Positions 1 through 8,361 of a stretch of DNA of 64,000 bases are shown piece by piece. Under the pieces are notes generated by a model. The model made no database searches. It had not been told where the DNA came from and saw only the letters and a program-made list of their open reading frames with translations. Position 1 is the first letter of the stretch. Each line of letters opens with the position of its first letter. Origin of the DNA: Prochloron didemni P4-Papua_New_Guinea. GTDB lineage: Bacteria > Cyanobacteriota > Cyanobacteriia > Cyanobacteriales > Prochloraceae. The position numbers and the translations under genes are program-made. The DNA lies in the NCBI GenBank assembly GCA_000252485.1, contig JH610785.1, positions 164-64,163 on the forward strand, given 5' to 3'.

Positions 1-65
1 ACTATTGTATCTGTAGCAAACATTTTCCTGGTGTTACGACAAATCATTAATCAATAATTAAGAGA

Positions 66-497
66 ATGAACTTAAACAATCACCCTATTTGGAATGATTG
101 CCAGAAAATTTTAGCACAAATTGAGGCTACTACTTTGGTGCAAAAACACCTAGAAAAATGTCATTACCAAGTCAGAGGATACTCCGATGGTGAGCATTTT
201 TATCAGGAGATTACTTTTAAAACACCCCTGTATCCAGAATTGGTTAGTTCCACTCTAGGATATACCAGAGAAGACGAAGAAAACAACAAATGGATTAAAC
301 TCACCTTTTCGCTTCAAGCAGAACCAAGAGCATCTGTTAAAGAGTCAGTTATCGATCGCAAAGAAGTCGCCCAACTAACTTTGATTTTTGATGAGAATTT
401 AGAATTCATTGACGAAAATTGGTTTATCGATGTTGACTCTAACTTTGTTGTTGCTAAACGGGAAAAAGATGGCGAGCGATCGTTGAGTATTGCTTGA
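66..497 (+). CDS. hypothetical protein
   Basis: 143-aa ORF with no recognisable motif. It is the only long ORF in this interval. Confidence 0.35.
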   Translation: MNLNNHPIWNDCQKILAQIEATTLVQKHLEKCHYQVRGYSDGEHFYQEITFKTPLYPELVSSTLGYTREDEENNKWIKLTFSLQAEPRASVKESVIDRKEVAQLTLIFDENLEFIDENWFIDVDSNFVVAKREKDGERSLSIA

Positions 498-644
498 GCT
501 AAAATAGCAATTACCAGTTATACCAAATCCGGATAATCAACCATATTATAATCTAGGTTGGGAAGGGGAGAGGAACTAAACCCAACTTACTATGCTCAAG
601 ATAGTGCGGTGCGTTACGAACGCACCCTACTGATAAAAAATTGC

Positions 645-1277
645 CTATTGCCTATTCCCTCTTCCCTTAAATGTAGCTACTAACTTTTTCCACAATACTA
701 CAATATCTCGTTTTTCTATATCCCTTTCCAAAGATAAACCGGGGATGGTAATTTTTAGTTTGAGCTTATTTTTAGTTCTTTTCTTTTCATCTTCAATCAA
801 CTGCTGGCGGTTAATTTCGACCGTATCGCTGGTATCAGTTTCCAACTGCTTGGGATGAGCTGTGTCAAACTGCTGCCAACCCATTGTATCGTCAATTAAA
901 GACAAAACATTGACATTCTTATTATAAGGAGGCTTGCCACATTGGATGCTGGTTTCCCCATAAGTAATCCGTTCTCGCAACTCATCATATATATAAAAAT
1001 AAGGGTCTTCATTGTTTTTGCACCTCGGACAATTGCAGGGGATTAATTTATTATACTTCAACCGCTGATAAGAACGGTGAATTTCATCTAATTCCTCATT
1101 GACAATAATCAATAAATCTCGTTTGTGTTTCCCTGAAACTCTAATTCTAATCTCTCGCTTGCCATAATATTCAATTACCTCAGCCAAGGTTTGCTCTTTC
1201 TCCAGAATCACTCCGCTTTTCCAAACATATTCTTGCTGCTGAATATAGGCCCGATCGCCCCTCGATTTCCCCTTCAT
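645..1277 (-). CDS. orphan C-terminal fragment resembling the tail of cyanobacterial Roc-COR (ROCO) GTPase-like proteins
   Basis: 210-aa ORF. The segment WKSGVILE..REIRIRVSGKHKRDLLIIVNEELDEIH followed by LIPCNCPRCK..YFYIYDELRERITYGETSIQCGKPPY..VNVLSLIDD recalls the C-terminal module of cyanobacterial ROCO proteins. No GTPase or LRR part lies upstream; the 5' side abuts a MITE-like repeat at 1288-1340. Confidence 0.35.
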   Translation of the reverse strand: MKGKSRGDRAYIQQQEYVWKSGVILEKEQTLAEVIEYYGKREIRIRVSGKHKRDLLIIVNEELDEIHRSYQRLKYNKLIPCNCPRCKNNEDPYFYIYDELRERITYGETSIQCGKPPYNKNVNVLSLIDDTMGWQQFDTAHPKQLETDTSDTVEINRQQLIEDEKKRTKNKLKLKITIPGLSLERDIEKRDIVVLWKKLVATFKGRGNRQ

Positions 1278-1817
1278 ATCTTAGTAAAATCTCGGTATTT
1301 GTACCAAAATAAGAGTAGAAACCCGGTTTCTTGGCTAATGTCACTAAAAGTAGTTTACGAAAAAACTCAAAACTAGATCCATTCAGCAAACTCTAATTAG
1401 GACAGTCTTGGTGGCGATCGCTCTTGACTCTAGCTAGGGAAATTCGACACTTGGACTACGGTGACCTATAAGTACCTAGGCAAAATTAATTGGATATTCG
1501 CTCATTGCGGTCGCTTGGTAAGGAGTCAAAATTATATACAAATAATTTTGCACGACTACTTACTAGGAATTGGCGGTTCGAGAAATCGCTAGAACCGACA
1601 AAAAAAAACCTGATGGCGATAGCCGACAGGAATAATACCATTCGATAACCCAAGGATAGCATGAATAGTTCAAGAATGCCAGCAAGCAAATGTGCTGATT
1701 GCCCTTTCTCCAAACTCATAGACGACAAGCAAAATCGGGCGTTACATAATTGAGACATGAATAGACATCGTCAGAATTGATTCTCAAACCCTTATATATC
1801 AATCTCCAGAGTAATGA

Positions 1818-2049
1818 GACAACACAAGGGAGTGAGATCTAGAGCAGGGTTAGAAACCGGGTTTCTTAGTAAAATCTCGATATTTGTATCAAAGTAACAG
1901 CAGAAACCCGGTTTCTTGGCTAGTGGGATATAGGGCGAGGTTAGAAGACAACACAAGAGAGTGAGATCTAGAGCGGGGTTAGAAACCGGGTTTCTTAGTA
2001 AAATCTCGGTATTTGTATCAAAGTAACAGCAGAAACCCGGTTTCTTGGC
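1818..2049. repeat. two 103-bp copies (1818-1920, 1947-2049) of a MITE-like unit carrying paired AGAAACC(C/G)GGTTTCT palindromes
   Basis: Near-identical copies read directly. Related copies or partials lie at 1288-1340, 7986-8060, 24841-24862 and 25402-25470. Confidence 0.85.
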
Positions 2050-2237
2050 GAAAGTCACGAGAGTTATAAATAATTGTAGGTTGGGTTTCGCTATCGTCCA
2101 AGCCAACACCAAATCTTTTGGCTTGTTGGGCGCTGCCCAGAGGGTCGCCGAAGGGTTTCGTGACCTCAACCCAACCTACGAAAAATAAAATATTTGCTAC
2201 AAATACAATCGTATTTATAAGTTATTTGCGAATGCTT

Positions 2238-2394
2238 TAACGTTGGATCCCCCTATCCCCCTCCCCCCTTGGTCCCCCCACTGGGGAAAAGAAAGGGGGA
2301 GCAAGAAAATTTTAAAAACCTACCCTACAAGCCCCACTGGGGGGAAACAGGGGGGGTGAAAAGTCCCCCTTTGATAAGGGGGATTTAGGGGGAT
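2238..2394. repeat. C/G-homopolymer-rich dispersed repeat (TAACGTTGGATC..CCCCC tracts..AAGTCCCCCTTnATAAGGGGGATTTAGGGGGAT)
   Basis: Second copy at 25257-25357. Partial copies at 8215-8275 and 24455-24500. Confidence 0.8.
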
Positions 2395-2534
2395 ATGAGT
2401 TGGTGACTGGGAACTCGTCGCTGAAGGAGCAGGTCGCAGCTATAAATGTTCTCAGACAGCTTTAAATGTTAAATTTCTTTACAATAGCGATCGCTATGTT
2501 AGTATCTGGGTGATTCTCGGTTGCTTCCTTGTAA

Positions 2535-3668
2535 ATGACCGAATCGTCCCTGGTGGAGGAGTGTAGAAAATTGGAAACTATTATGTCGCAAGAACTGGAA
2601 AAGGGCAAAGTACAAAGAAACCAGTCCAGACCGATCCGCATTGGCGTTATCGGGGTTGGCAATATGGGACAGCATCATACCCGCGTACTCACCATGCTCA
2701 AAGATGTGGAGTTAGTTGGTGTTTCCGATATTAATATCGAACGGGGCCTAGAAATTGCCAGCAAATACCGGGTTCGCTTCTTTGAAAATTATCTGGATCT
2801 CATTCCTTACGTGGACGCAATGTGTATTGCTGTACCCACTAGAGGGCATTATCAAGTGGGACTAGACTGTCTTCAACTCGGAGTTCATGCCTTAATTGAA
2901 AAACCCATTGCCGCCAGTATCACTGAGGCTGAATATCTAGTTAATGCTGCAGCAGAATCCAATTGCATTCTCCAAGTAGGCCATATAGAACGTTTTAATC
3001 CTGCTTTTCAAGAATTGAGCAAAGTGATGAAGACGGAAAAGTTATTGGCTTTGGAGGCCCATCGCATGAGTCCCTACTCCCAACGAGCCAATGATGTATC
3101 TGTAGTTCTGGATTTGATGATCCACGATATTGACTTGTTGCTGGAGTTAGCAGGATCCTCAGTGGTAAAATTAACTGCCAGCGGTAGTCAGGGTTCCAAT
3201 TCTCACAATCTGGATTATGTTACTGCGACTTTGGGTTTTGCCAACGGTACCATCGCCACTCTCACAGCTAGCAAAATAACCCACCGCAAAATTCGCCGTA
3301 TTGCCGCTCACTGCAAAAATTCTCTTACAGAAGCTGATTTTCTCAATAATGAAATTCTCATTCACCGCCAAACTACTGCTAATTATACTACAGATTACGG
3401 TCAAATACTCTATCGCCAAGATGGATTGATTGAAAAAGTTTATACCAGCAAGATTGAGCCGCTACATGCGGAGTTAGAACATTTTGTTAATTGCGTTCGG
3501 GGAGGAGAAAAACCTTCTGTAGGGGGAGAACAAGCTTTGAAGGCATTGCGTTTAGCCAGAGAGATTGAACGAATAGCTCAAGATGCTCTAGTGTGGCAGT
3601 CAGAATGGCAACATGAGGAATTAGATTCTCCCAAGATTAATTTTCCTGGTGAGGTAGTTAGAGTTTAA
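2535..3668 (+). CDS. Gfo/Idh/MocA family NAD(P)-dependent oxidoreductase
   Basis: N-terminal Rossmann motif IRIGVIGVGNMGQHH, EKP motif (LIEKPIA) and typical C-terminal alpha/beta domain. The start may instead be the internal Met at 2583. Confidence 0.85.
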   Translation: MTESSLVEECRKLETIMSQELEKGKVQRNQSRPIRIGVIGVGNMGQHHTRVLTMLKDVELVGVSDINIERGLEIASKYRVRFFENYLDLIPYVDAMCIAVPTRGHYQVGLDCLQLGVHALIEKPIAASITEAEYLVNAAAESNCILQVGHIERFNPAFQELSKVMKTEKLLALEAHRMSPYSQRANDVSVVLDLMIHDIDLLLELAGSSVVKLTASGSQGSNSHNLDYVTATLGFANGTIATLTASKITHRKIRRIAAHCKNSLTEADFLNNEILIHRQTTANYTTDYGQILYRQDGLIEKVYTSKIEPLHAELEHFVNCVRGGEKPSVGGEQALKALRLAREIERIAQDALVWQSEWQHEELDSPKINFPGEVVRV

Positions 3669-3812
3669 CTCGACCGAATCTGAAAATTGACAACAAGCTA
3701 AAACCCAAGAGGAATAAGGCGAGTATAGTAGGGGGCATAATAGCCCAGATGTTCGTCACGAATTAAATTTTGAATTTTGAATTTTGAATTTTGAATTCGA
3801 CGGTCGGGAGCT
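3667..3812. repeat. 146-bp dispersed repeat, copy A (AACTCGACCGAATCTGAAAATTGACAACAAGC...(ATTTTGAA)n TTCGACGGTCGGGAGCT)
   Basis: Same unit at 4799-4946 and 4955-5101 (direct) and at 20216-20360 (inverted). Confidence 0.85.
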
Positions 3813-4802
3813 ACCAATAAGTTGTTGAAGGGATTGAAAGATTGTTTCGCTGACTAATTCATTGCCTAAATTATTCAGATGAATGTGGTCTCGATATAAT
3901 TTGTGTGGGTCTTCTACAATTTGAAACAAGGGGAGAAAATCCAGATAGGGAATGGATTCTGTCTCTGTAAATTGAGTTAGTTCCATCCTCGCTTTTAATT
4001 CGTAATCCCGAGGTCCGGTTTCTGCCAGTTCTCGTTTTAAAGGAGTTAGAGCGAGGATTAATTTAGCTTTTTGGCTAGTGGCGTGCTGCGAAGCAGATCC
4101 CTGCGGGATCGCCTTAATTTCTTCTATTGCTGCTAAATTAAACCCTACGGGATCTTTTTGATATCCCTTTGGCTCTGCGCTCTTTTCAGCCTTTACTTTG
4201 GCGGTTTTTGGTTTTGCTTTCCTAGTCTGGAAGTAGTACTGATAAATTTCTCCTAAAGCTGAGTTAGGTTTGCGATCTGGATAATTGCGATCGCGTCCTA
4301 CTGGTCCGGAAGTAGGAGCTTTAGCAAACAAATCATCAGTATTGAGTAGTAATACGATTACTTGGGATTGAAAAGTACCAAAACGTTGAAGGTAAGCCAA
4401 CTCATTGTGGGGCCCCCAGGAATTAGCGGAGGCGTTGAGAACCTCTACATTGGTGTTTAATTTAGATGATAATTTAGCTTGGATTAAATTAGAAATAATC
4501 TCATCTTGAGCTGTCCACCAACCCCCATTGGCAAGAGAATCGCCTAACAGTAATATTCTCAAAGTAAAATCAGGCTTTTCAGGAGCGATCGGGTTACTAC
4601 GCATGGAATATTGATTAATAGTAATCTTATTGCCAAAGCGACGAACTTCCTGATTTGGTGCTAACAAATAACCAATTTTTTCATCGGCAATATAAATTAG
4701 TGGATTGCCCAAGCCAAAAACTAATCTCAATCCCACTTCTAAGATAACTAAAAGGGTGACAAAAACCACCAAAATCGCCAGCAATATTTTCATCTGTATC
4801 AA
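3756..4802 (-). CDS. SGNH/GDSL-type hydrolase family protein with N-terminal membrane anchor
   Basis: N-terminal TM helix, block I LLLGDSLANGG and a late DHIHLN block. The last ~18 codons (..SNSKFKIQNSKFNS) are encoded by repeat copy A. Confidence 0.7.
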   Translation of the reverse strand: MIQMKILLAILVVFVTLLVILEVGLRLVFGLGNPLIYIADEKIGYLLAPNQEVRRFGNKITINQYSMRSNPIAPEKPDFTLRILLLGDSLANGGWWTAQDEIISNLIQAKLSSKLNTNVEVLNASANSWGPHNELAYLQRFGTFQSQVIVLLLNTDDLFAKAPTSGPVGRDRNYPDRKPNSALGEIYQYYFQTRKAKPKTAKVKAEKSAEPKGYQKDPVGFNLAAIEEIKAIPQGSASQHATSQKAKLILALTPLKRELAETGPRDYELKARMELTQFTETESIPYLDFLPLFQIVEDPHKLYRDHIHLNNLGNELVSETIFQSLQQLIGSSRPSNSKFKIQNSKFNS

Positions 4803-5101
4803 CTCGACCGAATCTTGAAATTGACAACAAGCTAAAACCCAAGAGGAATAAGGCTTTTCTAGTTTCTGCCATTTTTTGCGGAGACATTCGCCACGAATTA
4901 AATTTTGAATTTTGAATTTTTAATTTTGAATTCGACGGAAGGAGCTATTAACTATCAACTCGACCGAATCTGAAAATTGAGAACAAGCTAAGAACCAAGA
5001 GGAACAATGCGAGTCTAGTTTCTGCCATTTTTCGGGTCGCATTCGTCAATTGTGAATTTTTAATTTTGAATTTTTAATTTTGAATTCGACGGTCGGGAGC
5101 T
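4799..5101. repeat. 146-bp dispersed repeat, copies B and C in tandem
   Basis: 4799-4946 and 4955-5101 align with 3667-3812. Copy B starts 3 nt inside the start codon region of the SGNH gene. Confidence 0.85.
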
Positions 5102-5231
5102 GTCAACTGTCCACTGTTTTGTGCTACTCTAAAAAAGTTGTTTAAATTCGCACATCTAGGGCTTCGGGTGTTTCTCTGCATGAGGAATCCCCCTGGATGG
5201 AGGATAAACCCGATAAGGAGTAAAAGAAATT

Positions 5232-6152
5232 ATGCCAGTTGTTTCCCTCGCTGAATTGTTAGAATCGGGAGTTCACTTCGGACATCAGACTCGCCGTTGG
5301 AATCCGAGAATGTCCCCCTATATTTATACTGCCCGCAATGGTGTCCACATTATCGATCTGGTACAGACAGCGATACTGATGGACTCCGCTTACCAATACA
5401 TGCGGAAAGCTTCTGAAAAAGGCAAAAAAGTACTATTTGTGGGTACGAAGCGTCAAGCGGCGGGAATTATCGCCCAAGAAGCTTCTCGTAGCGGCGCATA
5501 CTATATTAACCAGCGCTGGCTGGGGGGCATGTTAACCAACTGGGAAACCATCAAAACCCGAGTAGAACGGCTCAAGGAATTGGAACGCCTGGAAGACAGC
5601 GGCAATATTGATAAACGACCGAAAAAAGAAGGTGCAGTTCTTCGTCGGGAACTGGGTAAACTGCAAAAGTATCTTGGCGGTATTAAAACAATGCGCAAAC
5701 TTCCCGATATCGTTGTGATTGTAGACCAGCGACGGGAATATAACGCAATTCTGGAATGCCAAAAACTGAATATTCCTATTGTTTCTCTGCTGGATACTAA
5801 CTGCGATCCGGATATTGTGGATGTTCCCATACCCGCTAACGACGATGCCATTCGCTCTATTAAGCTAATTGTGGGTAAGTTGGCAGATGCCATTTACGAG
5901 GGTCGTCACGGTCAGTTGGAAACCGACGATCAATACGAAGAGTTTGAAGAGGGAATCGAAGAGATGGATGAATATGTAGAGGATGAGGAATTCTCTGATG
6001 AGGAATTTTCCGAAGACAGCGTTGAAGAGGGCGGCTCAGAAGAGGGCGTTGAAGAGGGCGTTGAAGAGGGCGGCTCAGAAGACAGCGTTGAAGAGGGCGT
6101 TGAAGAGGGCGACTCAGAAGACAGCGTTGAATTCGCCAACTCAGAAGAGTAA
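5232..6152 (+). CDS. rpsB: 30S ribosomal protein S2 with long acidic repetitive C-terminal extension
   Basis: [25 protein letters not shown].. is the canonical S2 N-terminus. AAGGAG lies 12 nt upstream. The tail 5930-6152 is built of [13 protein letters not shown] units. Confidence 0.95.
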   Translation: MPVVSLAELLESGVHFGHQTRRWNPRMSPYIYTARNGVHIIDLVQTAILMDSAYQYMRKASEKGKKVLFVGTKRQAAGIIAQEASRSGAYYINQRWLGGMLTNWETIKTRVERLKELERLEDSGNIDKRPKKEGAVLRRELGKLQKYLGGIKTMRKLPDIVVIVDQRREYNAILECQKLNIPIVSLLDTNCDPDIVDVPIPANDDAIRSIKLIVGKLADAIYEGRHGQLETDDQYEEFEEGIEEMDEYVEDEEFSDEEFSEDSVEEGGSEEGVEEGVEEGGSEDSVEEGVEEGDSEDSVEFANSEE

Positions 6153-6193
6153 CTGAGAGTGTATCATGTTTGTAGTAAATAAATAGGAGTAAC

Positions 6194-6853
6194 ATGGCGC
6201 AAATATCGGCAAAACTCGTCAAGGAATTGCGAGAAAAAACTGGCGCGGGCATGATGGACTGCAAGAAAGCCCTCACCGAAAGTGATGGAGATCTGACGAA
6301 AGCCACAGAATGGCTGAGGAAAAAGGGTATCGCTTCGGCGGAGAAAAAAGCTGGTCGAGTGGCTGCAGAAGGTCTGATCGAAAGCTATATCCACACTGGA
6401 GGACGGATCGGCGTTTTAGTGGAAGTCAATTGCGAAACTGACTTTGTTGCTCGTCGGGAAGAGTTCCAAACCCTGGTACGCAATATTGCCATGCAAATTG
6501 CAGCTAACCCTAATGTGGAATATGTTAGGATTGAGGACGTTCCCCAAGATATAGTCCAAAAAGAAAAAGAAATTGAGATGGGTCGGGAGGATTTGGCTGG
6601 AAAACCGGACAATATTAAAGAAAAAATTGTTGAAGGTCGAATTCAAAAAAGAATTAAAGAATTGGCGTTGCTGGAGCAACCTTATATTCGGGAACCGAGT
6701 ATGAATGTGGATGAATTGGTCAAACAAAGCATCTCTCAATTAGGAGAAAATATTCAGGTGCGTCGTTTCACTCGTTTTGTTTTAGGGGAAGGAATTGAAA
6801 AAGAGGAAACCAACTTCGCGGAAGAAGTAGCAGCTCAAGCAAAACAGAAATAA
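6194..6853 (+). CDS. tsf: translation elongation factor Ts
   Basis: [27 protein letters not shown].. matches the EF-Ts UBA-like N-terminus. Conserved rpsB-tsf order. Confidence 0.95.
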   Translation: MAQISAKLVKELREKTGAGMMDCKKALTESDGDLTKATEWLRKKGIASAEKKAGRVAAEGLIESYIHTGGRIGVLVEVNCETDFVARREEFQTLVRNIAMQIAANPNVEYVRIEDVPQDIVQKEKEIEMGREDLAGKPDNIKEKIVEGRIQKRIKELALLEQPYIREPSMNVDELVKQSISQLGENIQVRRFTRFVLGEGIEKEETNFAEEVAAQAKQK

Positions 6854-6890
6854 TTTCCTCATTGTTAACAGAATTGTTAACAAAAAAAAC

Positions 6891-6936
6891 AAAGGCAAAA
6901 GCAAGAAAATTCAACTCTTTCTTTTGCCTTTTTGTC
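6891..6936 (+). terminator. rho-independent terminator after tsf
   Basis: AAAGGCAAAAG (6891-6901) pairs perfectly with CTTTTGCCTTT (6921-6931) and is followed by TTTGT. Confidence 0.6.
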
Positions 6937-6954
6937 TTAATTTTATCGAAAGTA

Positions 6955-7899
6955 ATGGCAAGAACAATTCAGCAGGTTCAACAAGATTTAGCAGAACTGA
7001 AACAGACAGTAGGCCAGATTGCTGGTGAATTTTGCCGACTTTATCTGGAATATTTAACTATTTTTAGCAAGTCTGTCAAAAAACAGCTAGGACAGGCAAC
7101 CTATCAGATTTGCACTCAAGCATATCCAGAATCTTTTCTTCGTTTATCTTTTAGCCAAAAAGAAGAACTGCAGCAAAATTTGCTCAAAATTGGTAAGCAG
7201 CTACAAGAAAAATTATTGCAGCTGGAAAATTCACCCAAGTCCGAAAAAGTTCCAGAACTGCAATATCAGTTGCAAATAATTCTTGAAGTTTTACCTCTAG
7301 TTAGAGAAATGAGAAAAGAGTTCTCTAAGCAAGAAAAAAAATTAGAAACAAAAAAAACAGATAATTTAGAAAAGCAACAAAAATTTTACGAAAATGTAGA
7401 ACAAGAGCAAAAGTTATTAGAGCAGACTCAATTTTCTGTAGTCATTGATTTGAGTAATCCAGAAACATTGTTGAATCTCCAGCAGGAATTAGAAAAAACA
7501 ATTAATGTTACTTTAGAAAAAATATCCGCTGAAGCCAACCGCTTGTTACAACAAGCAAAGATTTTGCCTAATAAATTGCCACCTAATTTTCTGGAAGTAG
7601 CGCTCCAAGCAGAACAAAGTGGTTCGGCAATTAGCGGTCCCCCCAATCTCTTAAATTTCCTTGTAGAATCGGAAAAGGACCAAAGTAGGGAAAATTCTAC
7701 CATTACTCAAATTACAGTAATTCGGATGGGTCGAGGGGAAATGGAATTTGCTGACTCTATTTTAGAGAGTAAGCGCAATGAAATTCGCGAGCTAACAGGA
7801 AAAATTAATACAATGAGAAAGAAATATCAGAAAAAGAAGCGACAACTGGCTATAGCTGAAGCTGAAGCAGCATGGCGTTCTTCTTGGTATGAAGACTAG
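6955..7899 (+). CDS. hypothetical coiled-coil protein
   Basis: Start moved to the ATG at 6955, because the upstream part of the tracked ORF runs through the tsf terminator. Q/E/K/L-rich heptad-like sequence with no catalytic motif. Confidence 0.5.
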   Translation: MARTIQQVQQDLAELKQTVGQIAGEFCRLYLEYLTIFSKSVKKQLGQATYQICTQAYPESFLRLSFSQKEELQQNLLKIGKQLQEKLLQLENSPKSEKVPELQYQLQIILEVLPLVREMRKEFSKQEKKLETKKTDNLEKQQKFYENVEQEQKLLEQTQFSVVIDLSNPETLLNLQQELEKTINVTLEKISAEANRLLQQAKILPNKLPPNFLEVALQAEQSGSAISGPPNLLNFLVESEKDQSRENSTITQITVIRMGRGEMEFADSILESKRNEIRELTGKINTMRKKYQKKKRQLAIAEAEAAWRSSWYED

Positions 7900-7985
7900 A
7901 AGAAGGGAATAAGGAATAGGCAAGTTGTAAATACATCATATTAAAATCCTGGCTTGATACAACTAAAAATGTTGAATAGACTTCA

Positions 7986-8060
7986 GCCAAGAAACCGGGT
8001 TTCTACTAATATTTTGCTATGGATATCGAGATTTGCAAAAGAAACCGGGTTTCTAACCCC
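7986..8060. repeat. MITE-like hairpin element with AGAAACCGGGTTTCT termini
   Basis: GCCAAGAAACCGGGTTTCT...AAGAAACCGGGTTTCTAACCCC; same family as 1818-2049. Confidence 0.8.
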
Positions 8061-8361
8061 AGCCTGTAGCGCCTAAATAAATGACTCGATAGAAAGATGA
8101 AAGGTTTATAAGCGATCGCAAGGAATATTGTTAGAATTGCTCTAAGAAGAAAGAAAGTAACTATGAATTATTTATAATAGATAATTGGGATTAATATCAA
8201 ATAGAAAATGTTTGCTATCCCCCACCCCCCACCCCCCTGTATCCCCCCTTAAAAAGGGGGGCTGGGGGACTTTCAGAATGAAGCTTCTTAGAGAGCAGCA
8301 AATACTATATAATAGACAAACAACAAACAACAAACAACCAACAACAAACAACCAACAACAA

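Noticed and set aside
1486-1758. 90-aa hydrophobic minus-strand ORF
   Set aside because: There are no motifs and a poor start context in a repeat-rich spacer. It is kept as unresolved rather than called.
1792-2169. 125-aa ORF with internally repeated AKKPGFCCYFDTNTEILLRNPVSNPALDL segments
   Set aside because: It is a read-through of two copies of the AGAAACCCGGTTTCT MITE-like unit. The same peptide appears wherever the repeat occurs.
5860-6306. 148-aa and 69-aa minus-strand ORFs over the rpsB tail and the tsf start
   Set aside because: They are antisense to the acidic repeat (giving S/P/L repeats), which makes them an artefact of the tandem repeat.
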